Assembly (NCBI GenBank): GCA_964399335.1 | Contig: CAYNQI010000006.1 | Location: 34,005 to 50,124 of the forward strand | DNA: 16,120 nt | Source: an uncultured Thermoplasmata archaeon | GTDB lineage: Archaea > Thermoplasmatota > Thermoplasmata > Halarchaeoplasmatales > Halarchaeoplasmataceae | Reading direction: 5' to 3' | Shown: positions 16,075-16,120 of the stretch, piece by piece | Layout: every line of letters begins with the position of its first letter | Numbering within the stretch: position 1 is the first letter of the stretch | The notes under the pieces: generated by a model | The model's input: the letters and a program-made list of their open reading frames with translations, nothing else | Databases searched by the model: none | Told to the model about the DNA's origin: nothing | Translations under genes and position numbers: made by a program

Positions 16075-16120
16075 GATATCTAAAGAAGGAATACCGAAGT
16101 GGTAAAAAACAATTTTCATG

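Noticed and set aside
16075-16119. N-terminal extension of GatD given in the ORF track (MKIVFYHFG...)
   Set aside because: The GatD-like sequence begins at MKEELL (ATG 16074); the extension is probably promoter or UTR, though the window edge limits certainty.
1-16120. tRNA genes, CRISPR arrays, IS elements, inteins
   Set aside because: None seen; the only long-period repeats are protein-level (HEAT repeats and the duplicated TM module).

Overview
Archaeal core-genome window, probably Thermoplasmatota (inferred from the stand-alone 5S gene, its sequence type and the gene content). On the minus strand, gatD-gatE-HEAT-repeat-prsW-mfnA-dph2 form one run and rps6e-eif2g another. Also present are an Lrp ligand-binding-only protein, an unannotated 55-aa ORF, archaeosortase A and a ubiquitin-like SAMP/ThiS protein. 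Two things stand out. (1) The 5S rRNA gene (5830-6062) carries a ~100-nt structured insertion just 3' of loop E, close to the site of the known Halococcus insertion. (2) The iRadA-small helical protein-PolB2 operon is followed by an unannotated 30-aa six-cysteine microprotein resembling the C-terminal zinc finger of class II ribonucleotide reductase. The operon and the microprotein each carry the same upstream box (TTCACTTTCAC-N4-CTCCC), which resembles known archaeal DNA-damage response elements, at nearly identical spacing. The left end holds an unannotated, truncated membrane-protein ORF with a duplicated transmembrane module and no canonical start codon. All family assignments are by eye from motifs; no searches or folding programs were run.
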